This document shows positions 20,601 through 27,821 of a stretch of DNA of 52,511 nucleotides, one piece after another (within the stretch, counting starts at the first letter, position 1; each line of letters opens with the position of its first letter). The notes under the pieces were generated by a model. It was given only the letters and a program-made list of their open reading frames with translations, made no database searches and was not told where the DNA came from. This stretch comes from Planctomycetota bacterium (GTDB lineage: Bacteria; Planctomycetota; GCA-002687715; DRQF01): NCBI GenBank assembly GCA_036479435.1, contig JAZGFI010000289.1, positions 1-52,511 on the forward strand, given 5' to 3'. The translations under genes were made by a program, and so were the position numbers.

Positions 20601-21225
20601 GCGGGCCCTTGATCTCGAAGCGGCCGAGCGCGAGTTCGACGCCGCCCTTGGCAAATTCCAAGCCCTTAAGCTGGCCACGCCGCGACTAGAACTCGCGCGG
20701 GCGCGGCTCGCCTGGGAACAGGGACATTCTGCCGACGCTCTGGCCAAAAGCGAAACCTTGCTCCGCTCTGAATGCCCACCGTGGATCAAGCGCGACGCTC
20801 GCGCCCTGAAGCGCGCCGCCAGCTCTGATCTTGAGCGCGGAATAAAGAGTCGCCCGAAAGCCAAAGTCGCCCATACTTGGCTCGCCGACAAGAATCCTCC
20901 GCGAGTGCCCAACCGCTACTTCGCCCAAGTCATCAAGGTCGAAAACCGCGGCGCCGAGATCTTGTTGGGAGGCTACTACCCCAGCGCTCTTCGCCTCGGC
21001 ATCTTTGCGCGCCGCAAAGGCGATAAAAACTACTTCCGGCGCGACCCCGGTCGCTTCCCCCTCGTGGCTTTTCTCCCCCCCGCCGGCCTCGCCCCCGGCG
21101 CTTCCATCACGCTCATCATCCCGGCCAGCACCGCCGAGGCCAAAGGCTCCTTCATCGCCGACCTCTGCCTCCACGACCGCCCCTGGCCCAACCCCCGCGA
21201 CCAAATCCTCGAAACCATCAACTAG
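17641..21225 (+). CDS. Multi-TM sulfatase-like (alkaline phosphatase superfamily) hydrolase/transferase with HEAT/TPR-like repeats
   Basis: About 7 N-terminal TM helices; NVVVIAIDTLRAD, HYMDAHAPY, YRGEVRWVD, ADHGEAFGEH, HNSSLFEEQVRIP; HEAT-like IIRARAASWF; start may be 17698. Confidence 0.8.
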   Translation: MSGHLYGLEKHFRRFRNAAMDETSGGSGTSGGLTEIGFLPFALCLSGCGLAAGDAFCGLSAASPLDWGAAAYSALHVLFFYTIISLLAIVFVAFLHPLFPRAASGLFWLAAIGALAGFFSLAPALFEGEAFLQRAQAGQIRAGALLGGGLCILAAFWIFAGVWRRRRGAISSTIALLFLAFATGLLYADSRWLTGNYPQAHQLCALFAAFLAWGGTALAFSPRSRWWNLPAGRVALGLLAVAALAFGGLSLVRNSDSAHRWRAGALKAAFPVGRKLVPRLEAAGLGRLLPLPAIDTNSPGVAELLRRAHASTPDRVRKARDLTLEMGPRRYNVVVIAIDTLRADLCGFSSDSKLPSGESDTPQLDQFVKGSQVFPRAYTPYPTSNYAYSSLFSGRWPRLSPARALLHPKEGIPDTETLPERLRREGWRTLAQTGFNDLGIETPALFGHLKRGFDVFNPTHKAETLDAETVTKSSLRLIEDARSPGPFFLFAHYMDAHAPYRLHGADRSKSSKERYRGEVRWVDRHLRPLLDRLSAPDLEPNTIVFIIADHGEAFGEHNTRFHNSSLFEEQVRIPFAVKIPGLAPRRHEAAASLLDILPTTLGILGLHDTEFRNGRDLGPLIFGDAADREAWLDFAYVERFPLDPLPGRELQRALILGDWKVLRHANDPTPEIFQLRIDPFETRNVFDVGDPEQRQALSFLEALDDHVTKTIAVKPSSLGDLDSAEIDHQLENIRKVSHLDRHPALARLAQYFYRGHRRKFDPQVFKSLSDPDRRRIIEVLIGIADNAEEPESARSLAFDLLSDLDGPGADAFMQKSLSHPLEIIRARAASWFARRGDHRSREALLGTLKPKHASWALEIAPVLAANGERRALPWLQAALAHDDADYVIGALRGLRQLAWPELARTIADLLALLPTTWERPLVQRQLIEILAADSSLEATLCLARLGFVTDADIQGRAQALLNRRMTPDRRVQLQSAMEHQFFGEEAWRALDLEAAEREFDAALGKFQALKLATPRLELARARLAWEQGHSADALAKSETLLRSECPPWIKRDARALKRAASSDLERGIKSRPKAKVAHTWLADKNPPRVPNRYFAQVIKVENRGAEILLGGYYPSALRLGIFARRKGDKNYFRRDPGRFPLVAFLPPAGLAPGASITLIIPASTAEAKGSFIADLCLHDRPWPNPRDQILETIN

Positions 21226-21229
21226 AAAA

Positions 21230-21294
21230 AACCTGCTATGCGGCGTCAGACTAAATTCTCCCGCTTTTTTACGTCAGTCATATTCCTCCCACTT
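21230..21294 (+). repeat. Left inverted-repeat arm
   Basis: aacctgctatgcggcgtcagactaaattctcccgcttttttacgtcagtcatattcctcccactt; two GTCAG...CTCCC.CTT sub-units 28 bp apart. Confidence 0.85.
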
Positions 21295-21302
21295 ATCTCT
21301 CT

Positions 21303-22274
21303 CTATCCTCTCCCATTCCGCCCAAACGGTCCTCTCCCAATCGCCTCATACGCAAACTCCGCTGCCACTCGCCGATACGCTTCGTTGGAGAGGATCAAAC
21401 GCTCGTGCCGTTGCGCGGAAACCGCCACCGAAGTCTGCGATCGCCCCAAAGCCGCGGCGACTTCTTGATGCTTCAATCCGCAGAGCCCACGAAGCAGTCC
21501 ACAGAACATAGCTCGCTCGAAAGTGTCGTTCCTGGTTCCCTTCGGCCGCGCAAGCGCCTTGATCTTCTCGATACCCTCGCGAACGATCGTCATCACGTCG
21601 TCGGAATGACAGACCGGATGGCCGACCGATGTTCCATCTGCGAGCCGAGCTTTTCTTTCCATCCACTCGAGAACGCGAGCTGGGGTGCCTTCAGCGAGTT
21701 CATCCAAGGGATCAGGTGCCGACACGCCGAAGAGGCGCGCCTCGATCACTTGACCGAGTACGCCCAGCTCACCTTGCCGCTGTCGTGCTGGTTTCGCCGT
21801 CGTGTCCGTGGCTGTTAGCCAAATGAGTCCCGTACGGCGGGCGATCCGATAGGCGCTGCCAAACTCGTAGTCCTCGGCATACTCACAAAGACCTGCTTGG
21901 ACAGGATTGGCATCGATGTAGCGAATGACGGCATTGCGATAGGCCACGGTTGTGACCCGGATCGACGTGAACCGACCGCGAACCAAGGGGCCGTCGCGCC
22001 TGCGGCTTCGGTTGAAGTACCTCGAGTATTCGGATTGGATTCGTTGCATCGCAACGTCGAGGCGCCCATCCACGCTCTCTACCAACAGATGAAAGTGAGT
22101 CGTCATCAAACAGAAAGCAATGATTCGGATCTCCCCGCGGCGTACCGCGCAAGCCAACAGTGACATGAACTTTCGTTTGTCACGGCGCGTTTCGAACATG
22201 GTGCGGCGGCTGACGCCACGGTTAAAAACGTGCTGAATAGAACCCGGCTCGTCGAGTCTGTCATTTCTTGCCAT
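21303..22274 (-). CDS. REP-associated-type (RAYT/Y1) tyrosine transposase with a C-terminal HTH
   Basis: HVFNRG, AFCLMTTHFHLL (HUH), YFNR, GRF.S, YIDANPVQAGL (catalytic Tyr); C-terminal LKHQEVAAALGRSQTSV HTH; ATG 22274 has GGAGGA upstream. Confidence 0.88.
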   Translation of the reverse strand: MARNDRLDEPGSIQHVFNRGVSRRTMFETRRDKRKFMSLLACAVRRGEIRIIAFCLMTTHFHLLVESVDGRLDVAMQRIQSEYSRYFNRSRRRDGPLVRGRFTSIRVTTVAYRNAVIRYIDANPVQAGLCEYAEDYEFGSAYRIARRTGLIWLTATDTTAKPARQRQGELGVLGQVIEARLFGVSAPDPLDELAEGTPARVLEWMERKARLADGTSVGHPVCHSDDVMTIVREGIEKIKALARPKGTRNDTFERAMFCGLLRGLCGLKHQEVAAALGRSQTSVAVSAQRHERLILSNEAYRRVAAEFAYEAIGRGPFGRNGRG

Positions 22275-22335
22275 TGATAATCCTCCGAAGGACATGTCGT
22301 TGGCAATGGCGTGAAGGACCGGACAATGGGAGGAA

Positions 22336-22400
22336 AAGTGGGAGAATTTGGACTGACGTGAAAAAGCGGGAGAATTAAGTCTGACTCCGTATAGGAGGTT
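22336..22400 (-). repeat. Right inverted-repeat arm
   Basis: Reverse complement reads aacctcctatacggagtcagacttaattctcccgctttttcacgtcagtccaaattctcccactt. Confidence 0.85.
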
Positions 22401-24690
22401 AATTGGGGATTTGGTGGGCGATGGCGCGGATTTTGGATTCGCTTAGCCAGTGGAGTTGGTGGATGAGGCGGTGGTTGCGGTTGAGGCAGGGGAAGTCTTT
22501 TAGTTTCTCGTCCAAGGTTGCGAGGAAGCGACCGAGGAGAGTTCGGTAGCCGCGATGGTGGATGGTGACTTCGGTGCCGTCGGAGATGAAGTCGATCAAC
22601 TCCGACAAGACCAGGTGTGGCGAAGGGCCGTAGCGAAGGGCGTGGAGCTGCGCCGTCTCTTCGAGAATTCCGGCCAAGCGATCGGTATTGAAACCGGACT
22701 CGATGGCGAGCAAGGCGTTGTTGACGGGGTTGGCGAATACCGGCAGCCGCGTGGCGGCATCGCGGACGTGACCGATTTCGTGGGCCCGGACGTGGCCTTC
22801 GACGGGGAGCGAATCGTGGAGAGAAAGAGCCCTCAACAAAAGAGTCAAACTCGCATCGAAAGGTTCGTCGATGGCCTGTCGGTCGGCGGCTCCACTGGCG
22901 TCTAAACCACGAGCGGCGAGGAGGCGGGCTTTGGTTACTTCGGGAAGGCCCATCACCATTTCACGCTGTCGTTTGGAAGGCTGGATACGATCGAGATTCA
23001 AGTAGAAGGTACGGTAAAACGCTCGCCCCAACTCGCGATTATCGAGAGGAGCGATGATGATGTTTTCGCCGACGACCTCGGCGTAGCCGTGGCGATCGGG
23101 CCAATCTTCCGGAAGCGCATGAACTGGCGGCCGCGCCAGATTCATCAGCATGACTTGAGGTTTTTCGCCGGCCCAACGCCCGGCCATGATGATCTGATTG
23201 AACTGATCGAGATAGCCGTTGAGACTGCCCGCCTCGCGCCGCGTGACGTCTAAGATCTCGCCCAAAAACACGAACCCCAAGATGTCGTTTCCGGAGGCGA
23301 CGTCGACATCCGTCACCCGATTCAGTCGCGCCACAATTCGAGCGATGAATGCTTCAAGACCTTCGGCCCGACGCTCGCTACTTTTGCCGCGCCGCTCTTC
23401 ATTTACAAACAGCTCCAGCTCCGCGAGAAACCGCTGGTGAGTTTGCAGCTTCTTGACGGCGATGGCGACGTCGGGGTGATCGCCAAAACCGACCTCCGGG
23501 CCCATCTCTTCGACAAACATCAAGGCTTCTTTGATCCAACCCGCGGCGCTCATGGCCGACACCAACTCTGCTGATGCACTGGACGCCCGGATCGCTGCCG
23601 GCGCCACGGCATAGGCATCCAGTGCCTTCGCCAGGCGCAGGATGCGAGGATTATCTTGAGTCGGCGCAATGCCCGTCGTCTTCAACCAAGCCTCGAAGGC
23701 CAACTTGAGGGGGCTACGCCGCAGCTTGCGCAATGACATCGCCATCGCCCGCGTCACGTGGCCCCGCCGAAAAGCCTCTTCGGCCACGACGCGTGCCTGC
23801 CTCGTGCGCCCCTGCCACTCGTACACACGAGCCAGCCGCATCAAGGTTGGCCCATCGGGGTCAGGCATGGCGGCGATGCTCTGCTGCAGCTTTGCCGCCG
23901 CCAGCCATCCCTCGGGGCTGTCGGAGTCCTTTTTGACGAGAAATTCTAGCAAGGCCAAGGCCCCGGGGTGTCCGGGTTGGATGCTCAAAGCCCGGTCAAG
24001 CGTGTCCAAAAGCTCAAGCTTGTGGCCCAAAGTCGAGCACAGCCGCGCGAACTCGAGAGTCAAATCCGCGTTCTCCGGGTCGCCTTCAAGGTCAACCGCA
24101 CGGCGAAGAGCCTTCCGAGCCGCCTCTTTTTTGGCCTTTCGCAACTGAGCTCCGGCTTCCAAACGCCAAGTGAGCGGATTTTTCGGATCGATGCGCCGCG
24201 CGCGCGCCAAAGCGGCGGCGGATTCTTCAGCACGATTCAATCGGCCCAGGGCAAAAGCCTCTGCATAGTGGCCCCAGAAAAAGTCGGGGTCCAACTCGCG
24301 AGCCCGGCGAAAAGACTCAAGCTGCCGCTCGGCGCGGTAGCGGATTCGGCCGAACAAGTAGTGTGCGGCCGCTGAGTTGGGGTTCTCATCGACGAGGTGC
24401 CGATATTCCCGGTAGAGGCGCTCTCGTTCTAAGGCCCGCAAACGAACATTCTGAAGGCGACGGTGGGCCTCCACGAAAAAAGGCTCACCTTGCACAGCGT
24501 TTTCGAAACTAACGCGAGCCGCGGCGTCATCGCCACGGCGAAGCCCATCAAGGCCACGGCCAAAGTGCTCCTGAGCCGTCGAAGCAACCTCAGTCGGAGC
24601 CATGCCGAGGGGACTCGTACACGCAGTGGAGATCACTATAATCGCCAAAGCCACGAAGTTCAACCAGTTTTGGTTCTCGCGTTGGAGCAT
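22399..24690 (-). CDS. TPR-repeat lipoprotein with a C-terminal HExxH motif
   Basis: Lipobox-like IVISTAC; TPR-like NPNSAAAHYLFG, ARELDPDFFWGH, ARRIDPKNP; RAHEIGH; start ATG 24690 or 24750. Confidence 0.75.
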   Translation of the reverse strand: MLQRENQNWLNFVALAIIVISTACTSPLGMAPTEVASTAQEHFGRGLDGLRRGDDAAARVSFENAVQGEPFFVEAHRRLQNVRLRALERERLYREYRHLVDENPNSAAAHYLFGRIRYRAERQLESFRRARELDPDFFWGHYAEAFALGRLNRAEESAAALARARRIDPKNPLTWRLEAGAQLRKAKKEAARKALRRAVDLEGDPENADLTLEFARLCSTLGHKLELLDTLDRALSIQPGHPGALALLEFLVKKDSDSPEGWLAAAKLQQSIAAMPDPDGPTLMRLARVYEWQGRTRQARVVAEEAFRRGHVTRAMAMSLRKLRRSPLKLAFEAWLKTTGIAPTQDNPRILRLAKALDAYAVAPAAIRASSASAELVSAMSAAGWIKEALMFVEEMGPEVGFGDHPDVAIAVKKLQTHQRFLAELELFVNEERRGKSSERRAEGLEAFIARIVARLNRVTDVDVASGNDILGFVFLGEILDVTRREAGSLNGYLDQFNQIIMAGRWAGEKPQVMLMNLARPPVHALPEDWPDRHGYAEVVGENIIIAPLDNRELGRAFYRTFYLNLDRIQPSKRQREMVMGLPEVTKARLLAARGLDASGAADRQAIDEPFDASLTLLLRALSLHDSLPVEGHVRAHEIGHVRDAATRLPVFANPVNNALLAIESGFNTDRLAGILEETAQLHALRYGPSPHLVLSELIDFISDGTEVTIHHRGYRTLLGRFLATLDEKLKDFPCLNRNHRLIHQLHWLSESKIRAIAHQIPN

Positions 24691-24750
24691 GGTTGATCCA
24701 TTGTGCCGAGAAAATGGAGTCCGGCCTTTAAGAGCTAACGTCTTCTTCAT

Positions 24751-24900
24751 TGGATGTCAGGTGAAAGCGAGTGAGCTTCGGAATACGGGTGAATTAGTCT
24801 CAGAATTGTAGCTGGGCCCCCGGGCATGAGTCGAGCGGTGGAAAAGGACCTCAGGTTGAGGTCGCCGAGCGAATCTCGTTTTTACCTGACGCCATTTTTT
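24751..24900 (+). ncRNA. Candidate structured ncRNA (6S RNA-like rod)
   Basis: 24751-24781 pairs with 24865-24894 using G-U pairs valid only on the + strand; perfect inner hairpin GACCTCA-GGT-TGAGGTC (24847-24863); ends in T6; TAACGT at 24736-24741. Confidence 0.5.
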
Positions 24901-24960
24901 GCGCTCTGGTTGCGACAATCTAACGAATTGGAGTGAATTGCGGAGCGAGGACGTTTGAGC

Positions 24961-26061
24961 TTATACGGCGTCGAGGTCACCGCAGACCAAAAGGTCGCGC
25001 CCCACACACTCGTAGATCGGATCGCTCAAGAGCAGAGCCTGGGCCATTTTCGTCACGGTCGGCCCCATCACGGAGGCCCGGCCGTCGCCGGCACCGAGGA
25101 TTTTCGGAGCGAGAAAAATCTGCACTTGGTCGACCAAACGCGCCGCCAAAAAAGAGCCGTGGACCCGGGCACCCCCTTCGACCAACAAGCGCCCTACGCC
25201 ATCTTCTTTGCGGATGATCGCCAGCACTTCCAGCAAATCGAGGCCCTGCTCGCCACTCGCGACCGGGACGACGCGTGCGCTGCGTGCCTCAAGCTCGGCG
25301 CGAGGTCCATCTGATGCGGCTTGATCATAAAAAATCGTTACGGGCGACTCACCCTGACCGAGCATCTTTGCGTCTAGCGGTGTCCGCAACTTCGAATCGA
25401 GGACGTAGCGCTTCGGTGATTTGCCCGCGACCAGCCGTGTCGTCAGTTCAGGGTCGTCAGCAATGACGGTCTCAACGCCGACCAAGATCCCTCGACAACG
25501 GGCGCGCTCAGCGTGCACCTGTCGCCGCGAGTCATCGCAACTGATCCAACGCGAGTCACCGGTCACGGTGGCGATACGTCCGTCGAGAGTCGACGCCCAC
25601 TTGGCGACGACGTAGGGCCGGTCTTGCCCGAGGCGACGCTCAAAACCCTTTAGAAGGTCACGGGCCGCCTCAGCCCCGAGGCCCACTTCAACTTCGATTC
25701 CGGCTTCTTGCAGGACACGCCGAGCCGCACCCGCGTGCAATGGGTTGGGATCTTCGACGGCGTAGTGAACCTTCACGATTCCCGCTTCGATCAAGGCATC
25801 CGTACAAGCTGGTGTTTGACCCCGGGTCGAACAAGGCTCCAAAGTCACAAAGGCCTCAGCCCCCCGAGCTTCGTCACCCGCCTCGCGCAAAGCGAAGACC
25901 TCAGCGTGAGGCCCGCCGTACTCGGGATGAAATCCCCGGCCGATGATCTCTCCGTTCTTCACCAAGACCGCGCCGACCTGGGGATTCGGCTCGACGCGGC
26001 GCGCGCCCTTTCTAGCCAAGGCGATCGCATTCCTCATGAGATCGGCGGGGTCGAGGCCCAT
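24961..26061 (-). CDS. ribD: Bifunctional riboflavin biosynthesis deaminase/reductase RibD
   Basis: PNPQVGAV, HAE, VTLEPC...GQTPAC, KWASTLDGRIAT, SRWIS, DDPELTTR, LVEGG. Confidence 0.96.
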   Translation of the reverse strand: MGLDPADLMRNAIALARKGARRVEPNPQVGAVLVKNGEIIGRGFHPEYGGPHAEVFALREAGDEARGAEAFVTLEPCSTRGQTPACTDALIEAGIVKVHYAVEDPNPLHAGAARRVLQEAGIEVEVGLGAEAARDLLKGFERRLGQDRPYVVAKWASTLDGRIATVTGDSRWISCDDSRRQVHAERARCRGILVGVETVIADDPELTTRLVAGKSPKRYVLDSKLRTPLDAKMLGQGESPVTIFYDQAASDGPRAELEARSARVVPVASGEQGLDLLEVLAIIRKEDGVGRLLVEGGARVHGSFLAARLVDQVQIFLAPKILGAGDGRASVMGPTVTKMAQALLLSDPIYECVGRDLLVCGDLDAV

Positions 26062-26065
26062 CAGC

Positions 26066-27418
26066 TCAGACCAGTTCGCCGAACAGGGTCAGCGCGGTGT
26101 TGTCGACGATCTTTACCTTCACGAATTGCCCCGTGAGATCGCGCTTAGCCCTAAACACAACGATCCAATTCTGCGACGTGCGGCCCATCCAACGCGACTT
26201 GTCTTTCTTCGACAAACCCTCGACGAGGATCTCATGCACTTCACCGCGGCGAGCTCGGTGTAGACGTTCTGAGATGGCGGTTTGATCGGCGAGCATGACG
26301 TGATTGCGGTGCTTCTTCAGCTCTAATGGGATCTCATTGGGGTAGCGCTTTGAGCCGGAAGTCCCTTGACGTTCGCTGTATTGAAAGACGAAGGAAGTCT
26401 GAAACTCGATGTCCTGCAAAAGCTGCCGCGAAGTCTCAAAATCCTCTTCGGTTTCGGTGGGGAAGCCGACGATCCAATCCGTCGCTAAGGACATCTCCGG
26501 GATGACTTTCTTCACCAAATCCATCGTTCGCCGATAGCTGTCGGTGTTGTAACCGCGGTTCATTTCCTTCAGCACACGATCCGAACCCGATTGAACCGGA
26601 AGGTGGAGGTAGCGCGCGTGTACCGGGTGATCGCGAATCACGCGCAGCAACTCCTCGTCGATGTGAGTCGGATGAGAGGTGATGTACTGAAGACGCTTGA
26701 GCCCGGGGACCTTCTCCAAACGCTGCAATAACGTCGCAAGTGTCTCACCACGGTTGAGATCCAAGCCATAGGTGTTGACGCGCTGGCCAAGCAGTGTGAC
26801 GTGGACGACTCCGTCATCCACTAAGGCCCGCACTTCGCGCTCGATCTCTTCGGGATCGCGACTGCGCTCCCGGCCTTGCGTGTAGGGCACGATGCAAAAG
26901 GTGCAAAACTTGTCGCAACCTCGCATGATCGTAACGAAGGACTGAAAACTTTGGGCCCGCAGGGAGATGTCGCGCTCGTAAGCGACATCGTTGTCTTCGA
27001 GCGCCATAACGCGCTCTTTGTGTTCAAGATCTTCGATGAAGCTCGCGATCTCTTCGAATCGCGAGGTTCCCACCACGAGGTCGACATGAGGGGCGCGCTC
27101 AAAGATGCGGTCTTTTTGGTTCTGGGCCATGCAGCCCATGACCCCGATCACGGTGTTGGGCTTGCGGCGCTTCAGTGGCTTAAGACTCCCGAGGCGACCA
27201 AACACCCGCTCTTCTGCGTTGGCCCTAACCGCACAGCCGTAGTAAAGGACAACGTCGGCATCCTCAAGCGTCAAAGTTCGCTCAAACCCCGCTTGCTTCA
27301 TGCGTCCGACGACAAGCTCGGCGTCGTTCTTGTTCATTTGGCAGCCAAAGTCCTCCATATAAAGCCGCCGTGGGCTGCGGCGACTGGAGTCTTTAGTGCT
27401 TGGCTCGGCCAGCGACAT
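26066..27418 (-). CDS. miaB: tRNA (i6A37) methylthiotransferase MiaB
   Basis: FGCQMN, CAVRANAE, GCMAQ, radical-SAM CDKFCTFC, LLGQRVN, HLPVQSGSD, IVGFPTET, C-terminal TRAM domain. Confidence 0.95.
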   Translation of the reverse strand: MSLAEPSTKDSSRRSPRRLYMEDFGCQMNKNDAELVVGRMKQAGFERTLTLEDADVVLYYGCAVRANAEERVFGRLGSLKPLKRRKPNTVIGVMGCMAQNQKDRIFERAPHVDLVVGTSRFEEIASFIEDLEHKERVMALEDNDVAYERDISLRAQSFQSFVTIMRGCDKFCTFCIVPYTQGRERSRDPEEIEREVRALVDDGVVHVTLLGQRVNTYGLDLNRGETLATLLQRLEKVPGLKRLQYITSHPTHIDEELLRVIRDHPVHARYLHLPVQSGSDRVLKEMNRGYNTDSYRRTMDLVKKVIPEMSLATDWIVGFPTETEEDFETSRQLLQDIEFQTSFVFQYSERQGTSGSKRYPNEIPLELKKHRNHVMLADQTAISERLHRARRGEVHEILVEGLSKKDKSRWMGRTSQNWIVVFRAKRDLTGQFVKVKIVDNTALTLFGELV

Positions 27419-27621
27419 AATGAGAGTCCTCAGACATAAAGATGCGGGGAAGTGTAGGCCTGCCCACGGGAGGCCTCAAGGCGAGACTGTGCGGCCTCCT
27501 GCGCCGAGGCGTCAAATCTGGTTTACAAAAACGAGCCCCAAAGGGCTGCCTTTTGTTTTCAAGAAACGACCTAAAGAGATGAAGCAGAACTACTTAGAGA
27601 GCTGCAAGAATTTGCGTCCGC

Positions 27622-27636
27622 TGGCACGCACCTTGC
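27622..27636 (+). promoter_or_regulatory. Sigma-54 (-24/-12) promoter
   Basis: TGGCAC-GCACC-TTGC matches TGGCAC-N5-TTGC and lies in an intergenic gap. Confidence 0.7.
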
Positions 27637-27647
27637 GATTACCCAGC

Positions 27648-27745
27648 ACGGTCCGAGACTTCGGTGTCGGACTTAGGCTTTGTAAGCCGAAGCAAGTGTT
27701 GGGTGATATTTGCTGAAAAAGGGAGAGCCTTGGCTCTCCCTTTTT
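27648..27745 (+). ncRNA. Candidate sigma-54-dependent small RNA
   Basis: Starts about 12 nt after the -12 GC; hairpins at 27651-27672 (C-UUCG-G loop), 27676-27688 and 27691-27714 (G-U pairs on +); then a GC stem plus T5; no credible + strand CDS downstream. Confidence 0.6.
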
Positions 27746-27821
27746 CTTTGGATCGTGGGAGAGCTCAGGCTCGCCCACTTTTCTTTGGATCGTGGGAGAG
27801 CGCAGGCTCGCCCTTTTTTTT
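27716..27821. terminator. Three tandem terminator-like hairpins (36-37 bp period)
   Basis: GGGAGAGCCTTGGCTCTCCC (27721-27740), GGGAGAGCTCAGGCTCGCCC (27757-27776), GGGAGAGCGCAGGCTCGCCC (27794-27813), each followed by a T-run; linkers share TTTTCTTTGGATCGT; the first is flanked by A5 and T5 (bidirectional). Confidence 0.75.

Larger units (their letters stand above)
21230..22400 (-). mobile_element. Y1/HUH transposase element bounded by 65-bp imperfect inverted repeats
   Basis: 21230-21294 versus the reverse complement of 22336-22400 matches at 56/65 positions by manual alignment; the element fills the gap between two convergent stop codons. Confidence 0.8.

Noticed and set aside
21303..22400. 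IS605-type element with TnpB and guide RNA
   Set aside because: No RuvC-like ORF and no room for one between the arms
24751..24900. FMN riboswitch, SRP RNA or tRNA
   Set aside because: It lies downstream of ribD and folds better on the opposite strand; no FMN consensus, SRP helix-8 motif or cloverleaf is visible
27638..27714. Hammerhead ribozyme
   Set aside because: A three-way junction is possible, but the CUGANGA and GAAA core is missing
27721..27813. CRISPR mini-array
   Set aside because: The linkers are near-identical and only 16-17 nt, the variation lies inside the hairpins, and no cas genes are present
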